From contig OZ024744.1 of assembly GCA_964016885.1 (NCBI GenBank), forward strand, positions 91,822,001 to 91,886,000: a stretch of DNA of 64,000 bases, read 5' to 3'. Under the pieces are notes generated by a model. It was not told the DNA's origin, did no database searches, and saw only the letters and a list, made by a program, of their open reading frames with translations. The DNA comes from Eledone cirrhosa. Taxonomy: Eukaryota. Positions 49,370 to 63,704 of this stretch are shown one piece after another (positions within the stretch are counted from its first letter, which is position 1; every line of letters begins with the position of its first letter). A program made the position numbers and the translations under genes.

Positions 49370-49995
49370 CTATCCCCCCCTTATTTCAGGGCTTACGTAA
49401 TCTTATCTTGGGGCCTGCCTATGTAATCCCTCCACAGGGCCTATGTAATCTCACTCTCCTTAATTCGAGGGCCTATGTAATCCCCCCTCCCCCTTAGCTC
49501 GGTGTCTATTTAATCCCTTCTCCCCTTAATTCGGGGCCCATCTAACCCCCCCCCCTTATCTTGGTGTCTATTTAATCCCTTCTCCCCTTAATTCAGGGCC
49601 TATCTAATCCCCCCTTATCTCGGTGTCTATTTAATCCCTTCTCCCCTTAATTTGAGGCCTATCTACCCCCCCCTTATCTCGGTGTCTATTTAATCCCTTT
49701 TCCCCTTAATTTGGGGCCTATCTAATCCCCCCCCTTAGCTCGGTGTCTATTTAATCCCTTTTCCCCTTAATTTGGGGCCTATCTAATCCCCCCCCCTAGC
49801 TCGGTGTCTATTTAATCCCCTTTCCCCTTAATTTGGGGCATATCTAATCCCCCCTCCCTTAGCTCGGTGTCTATTTAATCCCTTCTCCCCTTAATTTGGG
49901 GCCTATCTACCCCCCCCCCCCCACGCTCTAATCCCGGGCCCTATGTAATCCCTTCCCCCTTTAATTCGGGGATATGTAACCCCTCCACCCCCTTA
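49370..49995. repeat. ~58-62-bp degenerate minisatellite
   Basis: Unit ctcggtgtctatttaatcccttctccccttaatt(c/t)ggggcctatctaatcccccccttag. Confidence 0.85.
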
Positions 49996-50114
49996 ACTTC
50001 CTGTCTCGTCTTCTTGCCCAGTCAATAATTCTGGAGTCCTTCATTCATTATAATTTTTCCCTGTAGTGGTTCCTCTCGTTCAATCTACCATTTTCTTTGA
50101 GTTGAAGGTGGGTT

Positions 50115-51230
50115 CTCTCTCTCTCTCCCTCTCTCTTCCTCTCTTCTGCTCTCACTTCCTCCCAACCTCTCCCTCTTCTCTCCTTCCACCTCACTTCCCC
50201 TCTACATCTCACTTCCTCTCTATCTCTCCCTCTTCTTCTTTTCTTCTCTCTCTATCTCTCCCTCTTCTTCTTTTCTTCTCTCTCTCTCTCTCTACTCCCT
50301 CTCAACCTCTCCCTCTCTAACTCTCTCTCTCTCTTTCTCTCTCTCTTCCTCTCTACCTCTCCTTCTCTATCTCTTATTTTCCCCTTTCCATATCTCTTCC
50401 TTTTTCTCTCTCTACCTCTACATCTCTAATCTCTCCTTCTTTTCTACCTCTCCCTCTTACTCTCTTCCCCTCAACCTCTCCTTCTCCCTCTTCTCTATCT
50501 CCCTCTCTCCCTCTCCCTCCCTTCCTCTTCTCTATCTCCCTCTCTCCCTCTCCCTCCCTTCCTCTTCTCTCCCTTTTCCTCTAAAACTCTTCCTCTACCT
50601 CTCTACTCTCTCCTTCCTTTCTACCTTTCCCTTTTACTCTCTACCTCTCCACCTCACCTCTCCCTCTTCTTCTCTATCTCTCCCTTTTCCCTTTCATCTC
50701 GCTTGCTCTTTCCCTCTTTCTTCCTCGCTACTCTCTCCCTCTTCCTTTATACGTCTCCCTCTCTATCTCTACCTTTCCCTCTCTACACCCTTCCTCTTCC
50801 CCCCTCTCTCTCTCTACCTTCCTTCTTCCTTTTACCACTCCCTCTTACTCTTTCCCTCTTTATATCTACCTCTTCCTCACTACCTCTCCCTCTCCCTCCT
50901 TCCATGTTTCCTCTTTTGTCTTCTTTTACTTTCCTTCTTCAGTTTCTATCTTCTATCTCCTCCCCTACTCCTCCTTCTCCTCCCCTCCACCTCCTCCTCT
51001 TTCTACTCTCCTTCTTTCTACATCCCCCCCCCCGCATTCTCCCCCTTTCTTCCTTCCCTCTTTCTCTCACCCTACCCAGCTCAGCCTTTTCTTTCCCCCT
51101 CTCACTCCCTTCTCATATTTCTTTCTTTCTTTCTTTCTTCCTCCCTTCTCCCAACCACACACCACTGACTCTCCCTTCCCACCACACTCTTCCCCTTCTT
51201 TCTTTCTTTCTTTTCCTCCCTCCCTTTCAT
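50115..51230. repeat. Polypyrimidine (CT-rich) low-complexity tract
   Basis: Direct inspection. Confidence 0.9.
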
Positions 51231-51426
51231 TATATGTTTCACAATGCCTCTATAATTATAAGCCTTAGCCTAATTAATTATATACACCTACTTTATAAAG
51301 TTTATTGACTCTGCCCTTCGTAGTGCCACCCCACCCCACACCACAATCGTATGTGTGTATATATATATATATATATATTTACATATTCACACACAAACGT
51401 ATATATAATATATATACATATACATG

Positions 51427-51466
<40 letters not shown>

Positions 51467-51526
51467 CACACACATATGCATGCATGTGTGTATTTATGTC
51501 TGTATAAATGTATATAGGCATGTATA

Positions 51527-52870
51527 TTGGCAACAGATGCCCTCTTCTTAGTGAGACAACTACAAGAGAGGTTCTTAGAGAAGAATAAGCCACTATACTT
51601 AGCTTTTGCTGACCTAGAGAAAGCCTTTGATAGGGTACCCCGATCTGTCATCTGGTGGTCCCTAAGGAAACTAGGAGGAATGGCTTGTGAGGACAGTGCA
51701 AACTTTGTACAGAGGTACTCTCAGTAAAGTCAGGGTAGGAATGGAGTTTAGTGAGGAATTACAGATACAAGTAAGAGTACATCAGGGTTTGGTCCTCAGC
51801 CCGCTCTTGTTCATTATAGTTCTCCAAGCCATAACAGAGGAGTTTAAGACTGGCTGTCCATGGGAACTTCTCTATGCTGATGATCTGGTTCTTATAGCAG
51901 AATCAGTAGAGGAGCTAGAGAATACATTCTGGCTATGGAAACAGCAGTTGGAAGCAAGAGGACTGAGAGTGAACCTAGCTAAGACAAAAGTGTTGATGAG
52001 TAGAAAAGAGGACAAAACTCTGATTCCGTCAGGGAAATGGCCATGTTCAATATGCAGAAAAGGAACTGGCATATATTCTATAAAATGCACACAATGCAGA
52101 TCCTGGGTACACAAGAGATGTAGTGGGTTAGCAGGCAAACTAACAGGTAGGGAAAAATACGTATGCAGTAGATGTACAGGGAAATTTGACAGTATAAGTC
52201 GCATTGATAGACATATTTTTCAAATGCAGGCGGGTGCTATAGAAGTGGTGGATAGCTTCCGATACCTAGGTGATCAGATTAGCATGGGAGGGGCTGTTCC
52301 GAGGCCATAGTATTTAGAATAAGGACAGGCTGGAGGAAGTTTAGGGAGCTGCTTCCTCTGCTGACGAAGAAGGGTTTCTCCCTGCGTACGAAAGGCCGGT
52401 TATATGATGCCTGTGTGAGGAGCGCAATGATACATGGTAGTGAGACATGGGCAGCAACTGCAGAGGATATGCGAATGCTGGAGAGAAATGAGGCAAGCGT
52501 GCTCCATTGGATGTGCAATGTCAATGTGCGTGAATGATCCAGCATGAATGTGTTGAGAGAGAAACTGTGTCTGAGAGGGATAGAATGTAGTGTGCAAGTG
52601 AGGAGACTGAGGTGGTATGGACATGTGATGCGCATGGAGGATGACCGATGAGTGAAGAAGTGCCAGGAAATGCCAGTTGAAGGAAGACGTGGTAGAGGTA
52701 GACCACAAAAAACATGGGCGGTGGTGGTGAGAGCAGACCTCAGATTGCTGAAGCTCACGGTGGAGATGACGAAGGACCGTGACGAGTGGAGAGATGCTGT
52801 GCTGAATAAGACCCGTCCCACCCTTGCAAGCAGGGAAAAGCGGATGTAAAATGATGAAAATGATGATGAT
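51527..52870 (+). mobile_element. 5'-truncated diverged RTE (second subfamily) with frameshifts and stops
   Basis: TDALFLVRQLQE..DLEKAFDRVPR, LLYADD and the same PHD-like finger; short 3'UTR cccttgcaagcaggg..(tga)n. Confidence 0.9.
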
Positions 52871-52907
52871 AGATATATATATATAATTATATATAAACAC
52901 ACACACT

Positions 52908-52966
<59 letters not shown>

Positions 52967-53074
52967 CTATGTATATATCTTTTCCCCCTCCTCCTTTTCT
53001 CTGTCTATCTCTCCTGCTTCTTCACTCATTCTCTCTCTTTCTCCATCTCTCTCTCATCCTAATTTCCTTATTTT

Positions 53075-53212
53075 CCCAAACCCTAAACCCTAAACACTAA
53101 ACCACCTAAACCCAAAACCCTAAACTCTAAACACTAAACCCCTCAAAACTCTAAACACTAAACCCCCTAAACACTTAACACTAAACACCCCTAAACACTA
53201 AACACTAAACCC
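53075..53212. repeat. Degenerate (CCCTAAA/CACTAAA)n telomere-like tract
   Basis: ccctaaaccctaaacactaaa... about 18 imperfect units. Confidence 0.6.
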
Positions 53213-54077
53213 AGTCCTTGTTTTAATCCCTATTCACTTTGATTCTTTGTCATTTCATATAATATATACATTTATATGTTTTTTGCCTCCAACTTCCCCC
53301 ACCACCATCACTACCACCTCACCCCACTTTACCTCCCCTTAACACTCCACGACTCCTTCTACACCCCTTCATCCCATCACCACCTCACTCCACCCATCAC
53401 CACCTCACTCCACCCATCACCACCCCACTTTACCTCCCTTCAACACTCCTCGACCCGTTCTACAACCCCCCCCCCCACCCCCCCACCATAACCCCCCCCC
53501 CCCGACCCCCACCGCCCCACTATCATCACCTCACCATCACCACCACCACCTCACCATCACCACCCTGCAGTCATCACCACTCACATCCAGCACATACCAC
53601 CACCACCACCACCACCACCCACCCCGCTTTACCTCCCATAACCCCCTCCCCCACCCAACCCACACATCAGCCCCCACCCCACCACTACCACCACTACCAC
53701 CACCCACCTTCCTACCAAAAATCCCAAGTTGTCTTTTATTTTTTTACATCTATTTTATTTTATATTTAAAAAAATTTTTTGCTTATCTTTTTTTTTTTTG
53801 TTTTTCATTTTTCATATATCTTTTATTTTATTTTTTTTGTATAATTTTTCTCCTGACATATTCTCTTGGAATTTATATTGGAAATATTTTGGCGAGGGGG
53901 GGGGGGGGGGAGTGGTTAAGGGTTTAAGGTTATTCCAGATGAAATTTTGGTTTTTTCCAAAAAAAATTCTTCCAGTCATTGTTATGGGATGGTTTTATTT
54001 TATTTATTTTGGGGGAGGGTTTTGTTTTGTTTTGTTTTGTTTTGTTTTGTTTTGTTTTTCCATTTCTGTACTGTTGA

Positions 54078-54473
54078 AGATCATCATCATCTGTGTCATC
54101 ATCATCATCTTTGTCATCATCATCTCTATCATTGTCATCATCATCATCATCATCTGTGTCATCATCATCATCTTTGTCATCATCATCATCTTTGTCATCA
54201 TCATCATCTTTGTCATCATCATCACCTTTGTCATCATCATCATCTTTGTCATCATCATCATCATCTTTGTCATCATCATCATCATCTTTGTCATCATCAT
54301 CATCTTTGTCATCATCATCATCTTTGTCATCATCATCATCATCTTTGTCATCATCATCATCTTTGTCATCATCATCATCATCTTTGTCATCATCATCATC
54401 ATCTTTGTCATCATCATCATCTTTGTCATCATCATCATCTTTGGCATTTTCATCATCATCAGCATCATCTCCG

Positions 54474-54504
<31 letters not shown>

Positions 54505-54755
54505 TATCATCATCTCTATCATCGTCAACATCATCATCATTATTGTCACCACCACCACCACCACCACCATCATCATCACCATCATTATCATTATTCCCAT
54601 CATCAACACCATCATCACCACTCTTATTATCTCCATCATCATCATCACCATCGCCATCATCATCATCATCATCACCCCACGACCACCACCACCACCACCA
54701 CCACCACAATACTAAGCTTACCATCATCATCATCACCACCACCACCACCATCACC
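54078..54755. repeat. (CAT)n/(CAC)n compound microsatellite
   Basis: Direct inspection. Confidence 0.95.
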
Positions 54756-55289
54756 GTTTAATGTCTGTTTTTCCTACCAGCAAAGTCTGTGTGTCTGTGT
54801 GTGTGTCTGTGTGTATATGTGCGTGTGTGTGAGTGTGTGTGTGTGTCTCTATCTGAGTATGTGTGTGTGTCTGTATGTGGGTGTCTGTCTGTGTGCTGTG
54901 TGTATATTTGTATGTATGTCTGTGTGTGTGTGTGTATCTGTATATGTGTGTGTGTTCATGTGTGTGTCTGTGTGTCTGTATATATATGTGTGTGTATATA
55001 TATATACGTCTGTGTCTGTGTGTCTGTATGCATGTGTGTCTGTGTGTATATATATGTCTGTGTACCTGTATGTATGTGTGTGTCTGTGTGTGTATATATA
55101 TATATATATGTGTGTGTCTGTGTGTCTGTATATATGTGTGTGTCTGCGTGTCTGTATATATGTGTGTGTCTGTATATATGTGTGTGTCTGTGTGTGTATA
55201 TATATATATATATGTGTGTGTGTGTCTGTGTACATGTACATATCAATATTATTTTAAAGTCCATTTTCCTTACTAACAAATGTGTGAAT

Positions 55290-57675
55290 GTATGTTTATT
55301 TGTGTGTGTATGTGTAAGTTCATGTGTATGTTTATTGTGTGTGTATGTGTAAGTTCATGTGTATGTTTATTTGTGTGTGTATGTGTAAGTTCATGTGTAT
55401 GTTTATTGTGTGTGTGTATGTGTAAGTTCATGTGTATGTTTATTGTGTGTGTATGTGTAAGTTCATGTGTATGTTTATTGTGTGTGTATGTGTAAGTTCA
55501 TGTGTATGTTTATTGTGTGTGTATGTGTAAGTTCATGTGTATGTTTATTGTGTGTGTATGTGTAAGTTCATGTGTATGTTTATTGTGTGTGTATGTGTAA
55601 GTTCATGTGTATGTTTATTGTGTGTGTATGTGTAAGTTCATGTGTATGTTTATTGTGTGTGTGTATGTGTAAGTTCATGTGTATGTTTATTGTGTGTGTA
55701 TGTGTAAGTTCATGTGTATGTTTATTGTGTGTGTATGTGTAAGTTCATGTGTATGTTTATTGTGTGTGTATGTGTAAGTTCATGTGTATGTTTATTGTGT
55801 GTGTATGTGTAAGTTCATGTGTATGTTTATTGTGTGTGTATGTGTAAGTTCATGTGTATGTTTATTGTGTGTGTATGTGTAAGTTCATGTGTATGTTTAT
55901 TGTGTGTGTATGTGTAAGTTCATGTGTATGTTTATTGTGTGTGTATGTGTAAGTTCATGTGTATGTTTATTTGTGTGTGTATGTTTATTGTGTGTGTGTA
56001 TGTGTAAGTTCATGTGTATGTTTATTGTGTGTGTATGTGTAAGTTCATGTGTATGTTTATTTGTGTGTGTATGTGTAAGTTCATGTGTATGTTTATTGTG
56101 TGTGTCTGTGTAAGTTCATGTGTATGTTTATTTGTGTGTGTATGTGTAAGTTCATGTGTATGTTTATTGTGTGTGTATGTGTAAGTTCATGTGTATGTTT
56201 ATTGTGTGTGTATGTGTAAGTTCATGTGTATGTTTATTTGTGTGTGTATGTGTAAGTTCATGTGTATGTTTATTGTGTGTGTATGTGTAAGTTCATGTGT
56301 ATGTTTATTTGTGTGTGTATGTGTAAGTTCATGTGTATGTTTATTGTGTGTGTATGTGTAAGTTCATGTGTATGTTTATTGTGTGTGTATGTGTAAGTTC
56401 ATGTGTATGTTTATTTGTGTGTGTATGTGTAAGTTCATGTGTATGTTTATTGTGTGTGTATGTGTAAGTTCATGTGTATGTTTATTGTGTGTGTATGTGT
56501 AAGTTCATGTGTATGTTTATTGTGTGTGTATGTGTAAGTTCATGTGTATGTTTATTTGTGTGTGTATGTGTAAGTTCATGTGTATGTTTATTGTGTGTGT
56601 ATGTGTAAGTTCATGTGTATGTTTATTGTGTGTGTATGTGTAAGTTCATGTGTATGTTTATTGTGTGTGTATGTGTAAGTTCATGTGTATGTTTATTGTG
56701 TGTGTATGTGTAAGTTCATGTGTATGTTTATTGTGTGTGTATGTGTAAGTTCATGTGTATGTTTATTGTGTGTGTATGTGTAAGTTCATGTGTATGTTTA
56801 TTGTGTGTGTATGTGTAAGTTCATGTGTATGTTTATTGTGTGTGTATGTGTAAGTTCATGTGTATGTTTATTGTGTGTGTATGTGTAAGTTCATGTGTAT
56901 GTTTATTTGTGTGTGTATGTGTAAGTTCATGTGTATGTTTATTTGTGTGTGTATGTGTAAGTTCATGTGTATGTTTATTTGTGTGTGTATGTGTAAGTTC
57001 ATGTGTATGTTTATTGTGTGTGTATGTGTAAGTTCATGTGTATGTTTATTGTGTGTGTATGTGTAAGTTCATGTGTATGTTTATTTGTGTGTGTATGTGT
57101 AAGTTCATGTGTATGTTTATTGTGTGTGTCTGTGTAAGTTCATGTGTATGTTTATTTGTGTGTGTATGTGTAAGTTCATGTGTATGTTTATTGTGTGTGT
57201 ATGTGTAAGTTCATGTGTATGTTTATTGTGTGTGTATGTGTAAGTTCATGTGTATGTTTATTTGTGTGTGTATGTGTAAGTTCATGTGTATGTTTATTGT
57301 GTGTGTATGTATAAGTTCATGTGTATGTTTATTGTGTGTGTATGTGTAAGTTCATGTGTATGTTTATTGTGTGTGTATGTGTAAGTTCATGTGTATGTTT
57401 ATTGTGTGTGTATGTGTAAGTTCATGTGTATGTTTATTTGTGTGTGTATGTGTAAGTTCATGTGTATGTTTATTGTGTGTGTATGTATAAGTTCATGTGT
57501 ATGTTTATTGTGTGTGTATGTGTAAGTTCATGTGTATGTTTATTGTGTGTGTATGTGTAAGTTCATGTGTATGTTTATTTGTGTGTGTATGTGTAAGTTC
57601 ATGTGTATGTTTATTGTGTGTGTATGTGTAAGTTCATGTGTATGTTTATTGTGTGTGTATGTGTAAGTTCATGTG
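55290..57675. repeat. 35/36-bp minisatellite, ~67 copies
   Basis: Unit gtgtgtgtatgtgtaagttcatgtgtatgtttatt with +t and +gt variants. Confidence 0.97.
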
Positions 57676-57727
57676 TCTCTGTATGGGTGTGGTACTGGTT
57701 AGAAATCTACAGTAAGAGACAACAAAT

Positions 57728-58136
57728 AATAATAATTGTTTCTACTTTTGGCACAAGGCCAGCAATTACCCCAGTTTATTACTGGTTCCGTAAGGATGAA
57801 AGGCAAAGTTAACATATATATATATATATATACAGGCATACTCCTACACATACACACGCATGCGCACACACACATATACAGATACACACACACACACAGA
57901 GACATACATACAGCACACACACAGCACACACACAGACAGACACACACAAATAATAATGATGATAATAATTGTTTCTACGTTAGGCACAAGGCCAGCAATT
58001 ACCCAGTGTATTACTGGTACTTTATTTTATCGACCCCGTAAGGATGAAAGGCAAAGTTAACCTCGGCGAGATTTGAACTCAGAATGGCAAGGGCCGTAAC
58101 TCTATGCGTCAAAGCATGGTGTTCAACCCTCTACCA
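57728..58136 (-). mobile_element. Two family A SINE copies (57728-57812, 57962-58136)
   Basis: Homology to 14795-14982. Confidence 0.85.
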
Positions 58137-58140
58137 ATTG

Positions 58141-58620
58141 ATAATAATGATTTCATTTATTAGCCACAAGGGCCGACATGTAGGGGACAATACAAAGACA
58201 GGGACAGTGGGGGGTTTACAATAAGGTCGAGTAAAAGTGCACAATGGCACGACTAATTTAACAATGAAGATGTAAGAATATAAAATAAACTATGCATAAA
58301 TATAACAAAATAAATAAATTCCCCTATCGACGGTGGACGACCCTGGGGTGACTCGGGTACCCCCACCAATCCTGAACCACCCTGCGCTTCTAGGGCACCC
58401 AGGGAGAGCAACCCCTCTCCTCAAGTTAGCTAGCCTATAGGCGCATGGTCAGAGTAGGCCCATTCACACGGGCCATTCTCGCCACATTCACCCACCTTTC
58501 AGCAAATGTACTGGGGGGGGGAGGGGGCAGCACTTCTCTCTCCACCCTCACCCTCCTTTCCAGGTGAAACTTGAAGAAGTTGATGAGGGATTGGCCGAAG
58601 AGAAAAGTGTCTGTCTTCAC
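58141..58620 (-). mobile_element. 3' fragment of a related Tx1-type LINE
   Basis: LINFFKFHLERRVRVEREVL..FAERWVNVARMARVNGPTL matches the ORF2 C-terminus at 4714; ends AATAAA..(TAT)n. Confidence 0.85.
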
Positions 58621-58627
58621 TCCTTAG

Positions 58628-59240
58628 CTATCACCACCACCACCACCACCACCACCACCGCCACCATCATCATCACTACCATCTCCACCACCACTGCCAC
58701 CACCACCACTACCATCACCACCACCACCACCAACACCACCACTATCACCATCACCACCGCCATCACCATTACCACCACCACCACCACAACCACTACAACC
58801 ACCACCACCACAACCACCATCACCACCGCCATCACCATTACCACCACCACAACCACCATCACCACCACCACAACCACCACCATCATCAACATCACCATAA
58901 CCACCACCAATAACAACACCATCACCACCACTACCATCACCACCACCACCAACACCACCACTATCACCATCACCACTACCACCACCACCACCGACACCAC
59001 CACAACCACCACAACCACCATCACCACCACCACCACAACCACCACCATCATCAACATCACCATAACCACCACCAATAACAACACCATCACCACCACTACC
59101 ATCAACACCACCACCACCAACACCACCACTATCACCATCACCACCACAACCACAACCACCACCATCATCAACATCACCATAACCACCACCACCACCACCA
59201 CCACCATCAACAACAACAGCAACAACAACAACAACAACAA
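58628..59240. repeat. (CAC/CAA)n compound microsatellite
   Basis: Direct inspection. Confidence 0.95.
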
Positions 59241-59454
59241 TTTAAATTAACTTCCTGCTATAATACCAGAACGAAGAACTGAGTATAAAACAATGGAATC
59301 ATCAAATTATTGAATATGTTGATGATTAGTGATTGATTTCTGGTTTTCATCAATGATTTTATTTGATTCTTTTAATCATTGAACATCCGGTTGACTTAAG
59401 AAACATTGGACAAATTTCAAATTTGTAATGTAGTTGTCGCAACGTCAGTAACTA

Positions 59455-59963
59455 TAATAGTTGTTTCAACTTTTGGCACAAGGCCAGCAAATATCCAGTG
59501 CATTACTGGTACTTTATTTTATTGCTCCGTAAGGATGAAAGGCAAAGTTAACCTTAGCGGGATTTGAACTCAGATCGTAAAGGGCCGTAACTCTATGCCA
59601 CAAAGCTTATTACCCGAAGCTCTACCGATTCTGCCAATCCGCCATCCCTAATAATAAAAATTTCTACTTTTGGCACAAGGCCAGCAATTATTCCAGTGTA
59701 GTACTGGTACTTTATTTTATTGACCCTGTAAAGTAAAGTTAACCTCGGTGGGATTTGAACTCTGGCCATAAATAATTGTTTCTACTTTTGGCACAAGGCC
59801 AGCAATTACACAGTGTATTACTGGTACTTTATTTTATTGTCCCCCGTAAGGACGAAAGGCAAAGTTAACCTCGGCGGGATTTGAACTCAGAACGCAAAGG
59901 GCCGTAACTCTATGCCACAAAGCTTATTACCCGAAGCTCTACCGATCCTGCCAATCCACCACC

Positions 59964-59996
<33 letters not shown>

Positions 59997-60930
59997 GTTT
60001 CTTATATAGGCACAAGGCCAGCAATTTTGGGGGAGGGGAAAGTCGATTAAATCGAACCCCAGTACGTTACTGGTGCTTTATTTTATCGACCCTGTAAGGA
60101 TGAAAGGCAAAGTTAACCTTGGTGGGATTTGAACTCAGATCATAAAGGGCCCTAATTGTTTCTACTTTAGGCACAAGGCCAGCAATTTGAAGGGGAGGGG
60201 GACAACAGTTCAATAAGGTGGTATATCTTATTGAACTGTTGTCCTTCATATGCATGACATGACTGTACTAACACAATATAATTTTATTGTAAACATCCAG
60301 TTGACTTAAATTTGAAATTTAGCATCGCAATGTAAATAACTATAATAATAGTTGAGAAAATCAGATAAAGTACCTTTAAAAAAGTGGACAGAGATGCCTG
60401 TAAAGAAACAAACCCCATACCTCTCAGATGCTGGATGAGTGTGTTAACCATTACACCGAGGAGTCCCTGGTCACCAACTACTAGTCATTTCCCAAGATTT
60501 TAAGCCTGTAGCTAGAAGTGTAAACATCTGCTTGACATAAATTTGAAATTTAGCATCTCAACGTAAATAACTATAATAATAGTTGAGAAAATCAGGTAAA
60601 GTACCCCCTAACAAAGGGGGCAGAGATGCCTGCAAAAAAGCAAACCCCATACCTCTCAGATGTCGGCTGAGTGTGTTAATCATTGCACTAAACATTGGAC
60701 AAATTGGAGATATGCGGTGATCTCAACGCAAATGACTATTATAATTGTTTCTACTTTGGGCACAAGGCCAGCAGTTACCCCAGTACATTACTGGTACTTT
60801 ATTTTTTTCGACCCCATAAAGATGAAAGGCAAAGTTAACCTCAGCGGGATTTGAACTCAGACCGTAAAGGGCCATAACTCTATGCTACAAAGCATGGCGT
60901 CCAAACCTCTACCGATACTGCCAATCCACC
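59455..60930 (-). mobile_element. Cluster of about six family A SINE copies or fragments
   Basis: Copies begin near 59455, 59655, 59770, 59995, 60153 and 60742, all in the same orientation. Confidence 0.85.
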
Positions 60931-61466
60931 CATAGTTATAATTTAATTTGTGAACATCAGGTTGATTTAAATGTAGTCATCTCAACACAAATAATTATAA
61001 TAATAAATTGTCCTGTTGTGGGCAGTGTCCGGTCGGCTGACCTTGTCTTGCTTATACGGGAACTGATTCTGGCTTGATTTCTACAGCTGGATGCCCTTCC
61101 TAACACCAACCTCATTTACAGTGAGTGCTGGGTGCTTTTTTTCCGTGGTGCCTACACGTCCACTTTACAATGTGGGCTGGGTGCTTTTTTGCCATGGCAC
61201 CTCCACGGCCACTTTGCAGTGGAATGATAGGGACCCCAGTCCTATTATCTCATTTCTACAGCTGAGTAAACTGGAGCAATGTGGAATAAAGTATCTTGCT
61301 CAAGGAAACAACACATCACCCGGTCTGAGAATCAAACTCAGAACCTCCCAATTGCAAGCCCAATGCTCTAACCACTAAACCATGTGTAGTTATTGACTAT
61401 TGTTACAGGGTCAAATGATGAGTGGTTTAGTGGTTTAGGGGTACCAACGACAAATTATCTAGATTT

Positions 61467-61879
61467 TAACCCTTTAGTATTTACATTACTCTATATATAC
61501 TATTGTATTTTCATGGTAAAGGCTTTATCTCACATAATATTGAAGCTATGAGATTTTGTTATTATTTATTTTGAGAACAATACCTTAATATCAGTATGAG
61601 CAGCCAGTTACAGTCAGTTTGAACAGAAAGAGGTGAGAGAATTCTGGTCAGATACGACCAGTTTAACCTTTTACCATTTACATTACTATTGTATTTTCTA
61701 TTGTAAAGGCTTTATCTAACAGTTATCTCACATAATATCAAAACTATAAGATTTTGATATTATTTATTTTGAGAATAATACCTTAACATCAGTATGAGCA
61801 GCCTGTTATGGCTGGTTTGAACAGAAAGAGGTGAAAGAATTCTGGGTGAATATGGCCAGTTTAAATGCTTAAGGGTTAA
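61467..61879. mobile_element. TTAA-bounded MITE-like element with internal ~200-bp duplication
   Basis: ttaaccctttagtattta...taaatgcttaagggttaa; TTAA-CCC..GGG-TTAA ends are piggyBac-like. Confidence 0.65.
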
Positions 61880-61929
61880 GTTGATATTTGGAACATAACT
61901 TAACAAAAATTCTTACATAGAATTATAAT

Positions 61930-62111
61930 TGTTTCTACTTTAGGCTCAAGCCAGCAATTACCCAGTGCATTACTGGTACTTTATTTTATCGACCCCGTAA
62001 GGATGAAAGGCAAAGTCAACCTCGGCGGGATTTGAACTCAGATCGTAAAGGGACGTAACTATGCTGGAAAGCATGGCGTCCGACCCTCTACCGATACTGG
62101 CAATCCACCGC
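61930..62111 (-). mobile_element. Young full-length family A SINE with 17-18-bp TSD
   Basis: cttacatagaattataat at 61912-61929 and 62111-62128. Confidence 0.93.
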
Positions 62112-62559
62112 TTACATAGAATTATAATGGAAGGCTTTTATATAAATATAAATACATTAACTCATTTTGTAAACATATTTCTAGTGGAAGACACTGCCTA
62201 TGATTTTCAAGTTTTTAAAAATTATCAATAATTTTGAGGGATTTAGTAATACAAGAGGTGAGGGAATTTTGGCCATATATGCCGGTTTAAATGCTTAAGG
62301 GTTAATCATGTAACTAGAAGTGTAAACATCTAATTGACTTAAGAAGCAATGGGAACATGGAGAACTTGTAACGAAGTCGTCCAAACATAATTATTGTTTC
62401 TGATTTAGGCACAAGGCCAACAATTTGAAGAGATGTGGGGGAAAGTTGATTAAATCTACCCCAGTGTGTTACTGGTATCTTACTTAATTGTTCCCCCCCC
62501 CCCCCACAAGGATGAAAGGCTAAGCTAACCTCGGCAGGATTTAAACTCAGCATGTAAAG

Positions 62560-63672
62560 ATGTTGGTGGTGGTGGTGGTTGGTGGTGGTGGTGGTAGTGG
62601 AGGTAGGTGGTGGTGGTGGTAGTGGTGATGATGGTTGTGGTGGTGGTGGTAGTATGGTCGTTATGGTAGCGGTGGTGGTGGTAGTATGGTTGTTATGGTA
62701 GCAGTGGTGGTGGTGGTCACTACCACCACTGGGGGTGGGGGTTATGGTCGTGATGATAGTGGTAGTGGTGGTGGTGGTGGTGATAGTGGTTGTGGTATTA
62801 GTGGTTGTGATGATGCTGGTGCTGGTGCTGGTGCTGGTGTTGGTGTTGGCGGTAGGTGGTGGTGGTAGTGGAGGTAGGTGGTGGTGGTGGTGGTTGGTGG
62901 TTAGTGGTAGTGGTGGTGGTGGTGGTGATAGTGGTTGTGGTATTAGTGGTTGTGATGATGCTGGTGCTGGTGTTGGTGTTCGGTAGGTGGTGGTGGTGGT
63001 GGTTGGTGGTTAGTGGTGGTGGTAGTGGTAGTGGTGGTGGTGGTTGGTGCTGATAGTGGTTGTGGTGTTAGTGGTTGTGGTAATGCTGGTGCTGGTGCTG
63101 GTGTTGGAGTTAGGTGGTGGTGGTGGTAGTGGAGGTAGGTGGTGGTGGTGGTAGTGGTGATGATGGTGGTGGTGGTGGTAGTGGTGGTTAGTGGTGGTGG
63201 TTAGTGGTGGTGGTGGTTGGAGGTTAGTGGTGGTGGTAGTGGTAGTGGTGGTAGTGGTGGTAGTGGTGATGATGGTGGTGGTGGTGGTAGTGGTGGTGGT
63301 GGTGGTTAGTGGTGGTTAGTGGTGGTGGTGGTGGTGGTTAGTGGTGGTGGTGGTGGTTAGTGGTGGTTGGTGGTGATAGTGGTTGTGGTTAGTGGTGGTG
63401 GTGATAGTGGTTGTGGTAATGGTGGTGTTGCTGCTGGTACCGGTGTTGGAGGTAGGTAGTGGTGGTTGTCATGGGGGGGGGGGGGGTTATAGTCGTGATA
63501 GTGGTGGTGGTGGTGGTGGTGATGGCAGGGGGTGATAGATTTGTCCTTCCCAGTAGAGCCCAATGCTTTGTTCTGTAAAAATAAATAAATTCACTAATTA
63601 AGAATAATAATAAATGTAATAATGCATAATAAAAGAAAGCAACAACAACAACAACAACAGCAACACCAGCAG

Positions 63673-63704
<32 letters not shown>

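Noticed and set aside
53729-59250. His-, Asp-, Ser-, Thr- and CV-rich ORFs
   Set aside because: Micro- and minisatellite artefacts.
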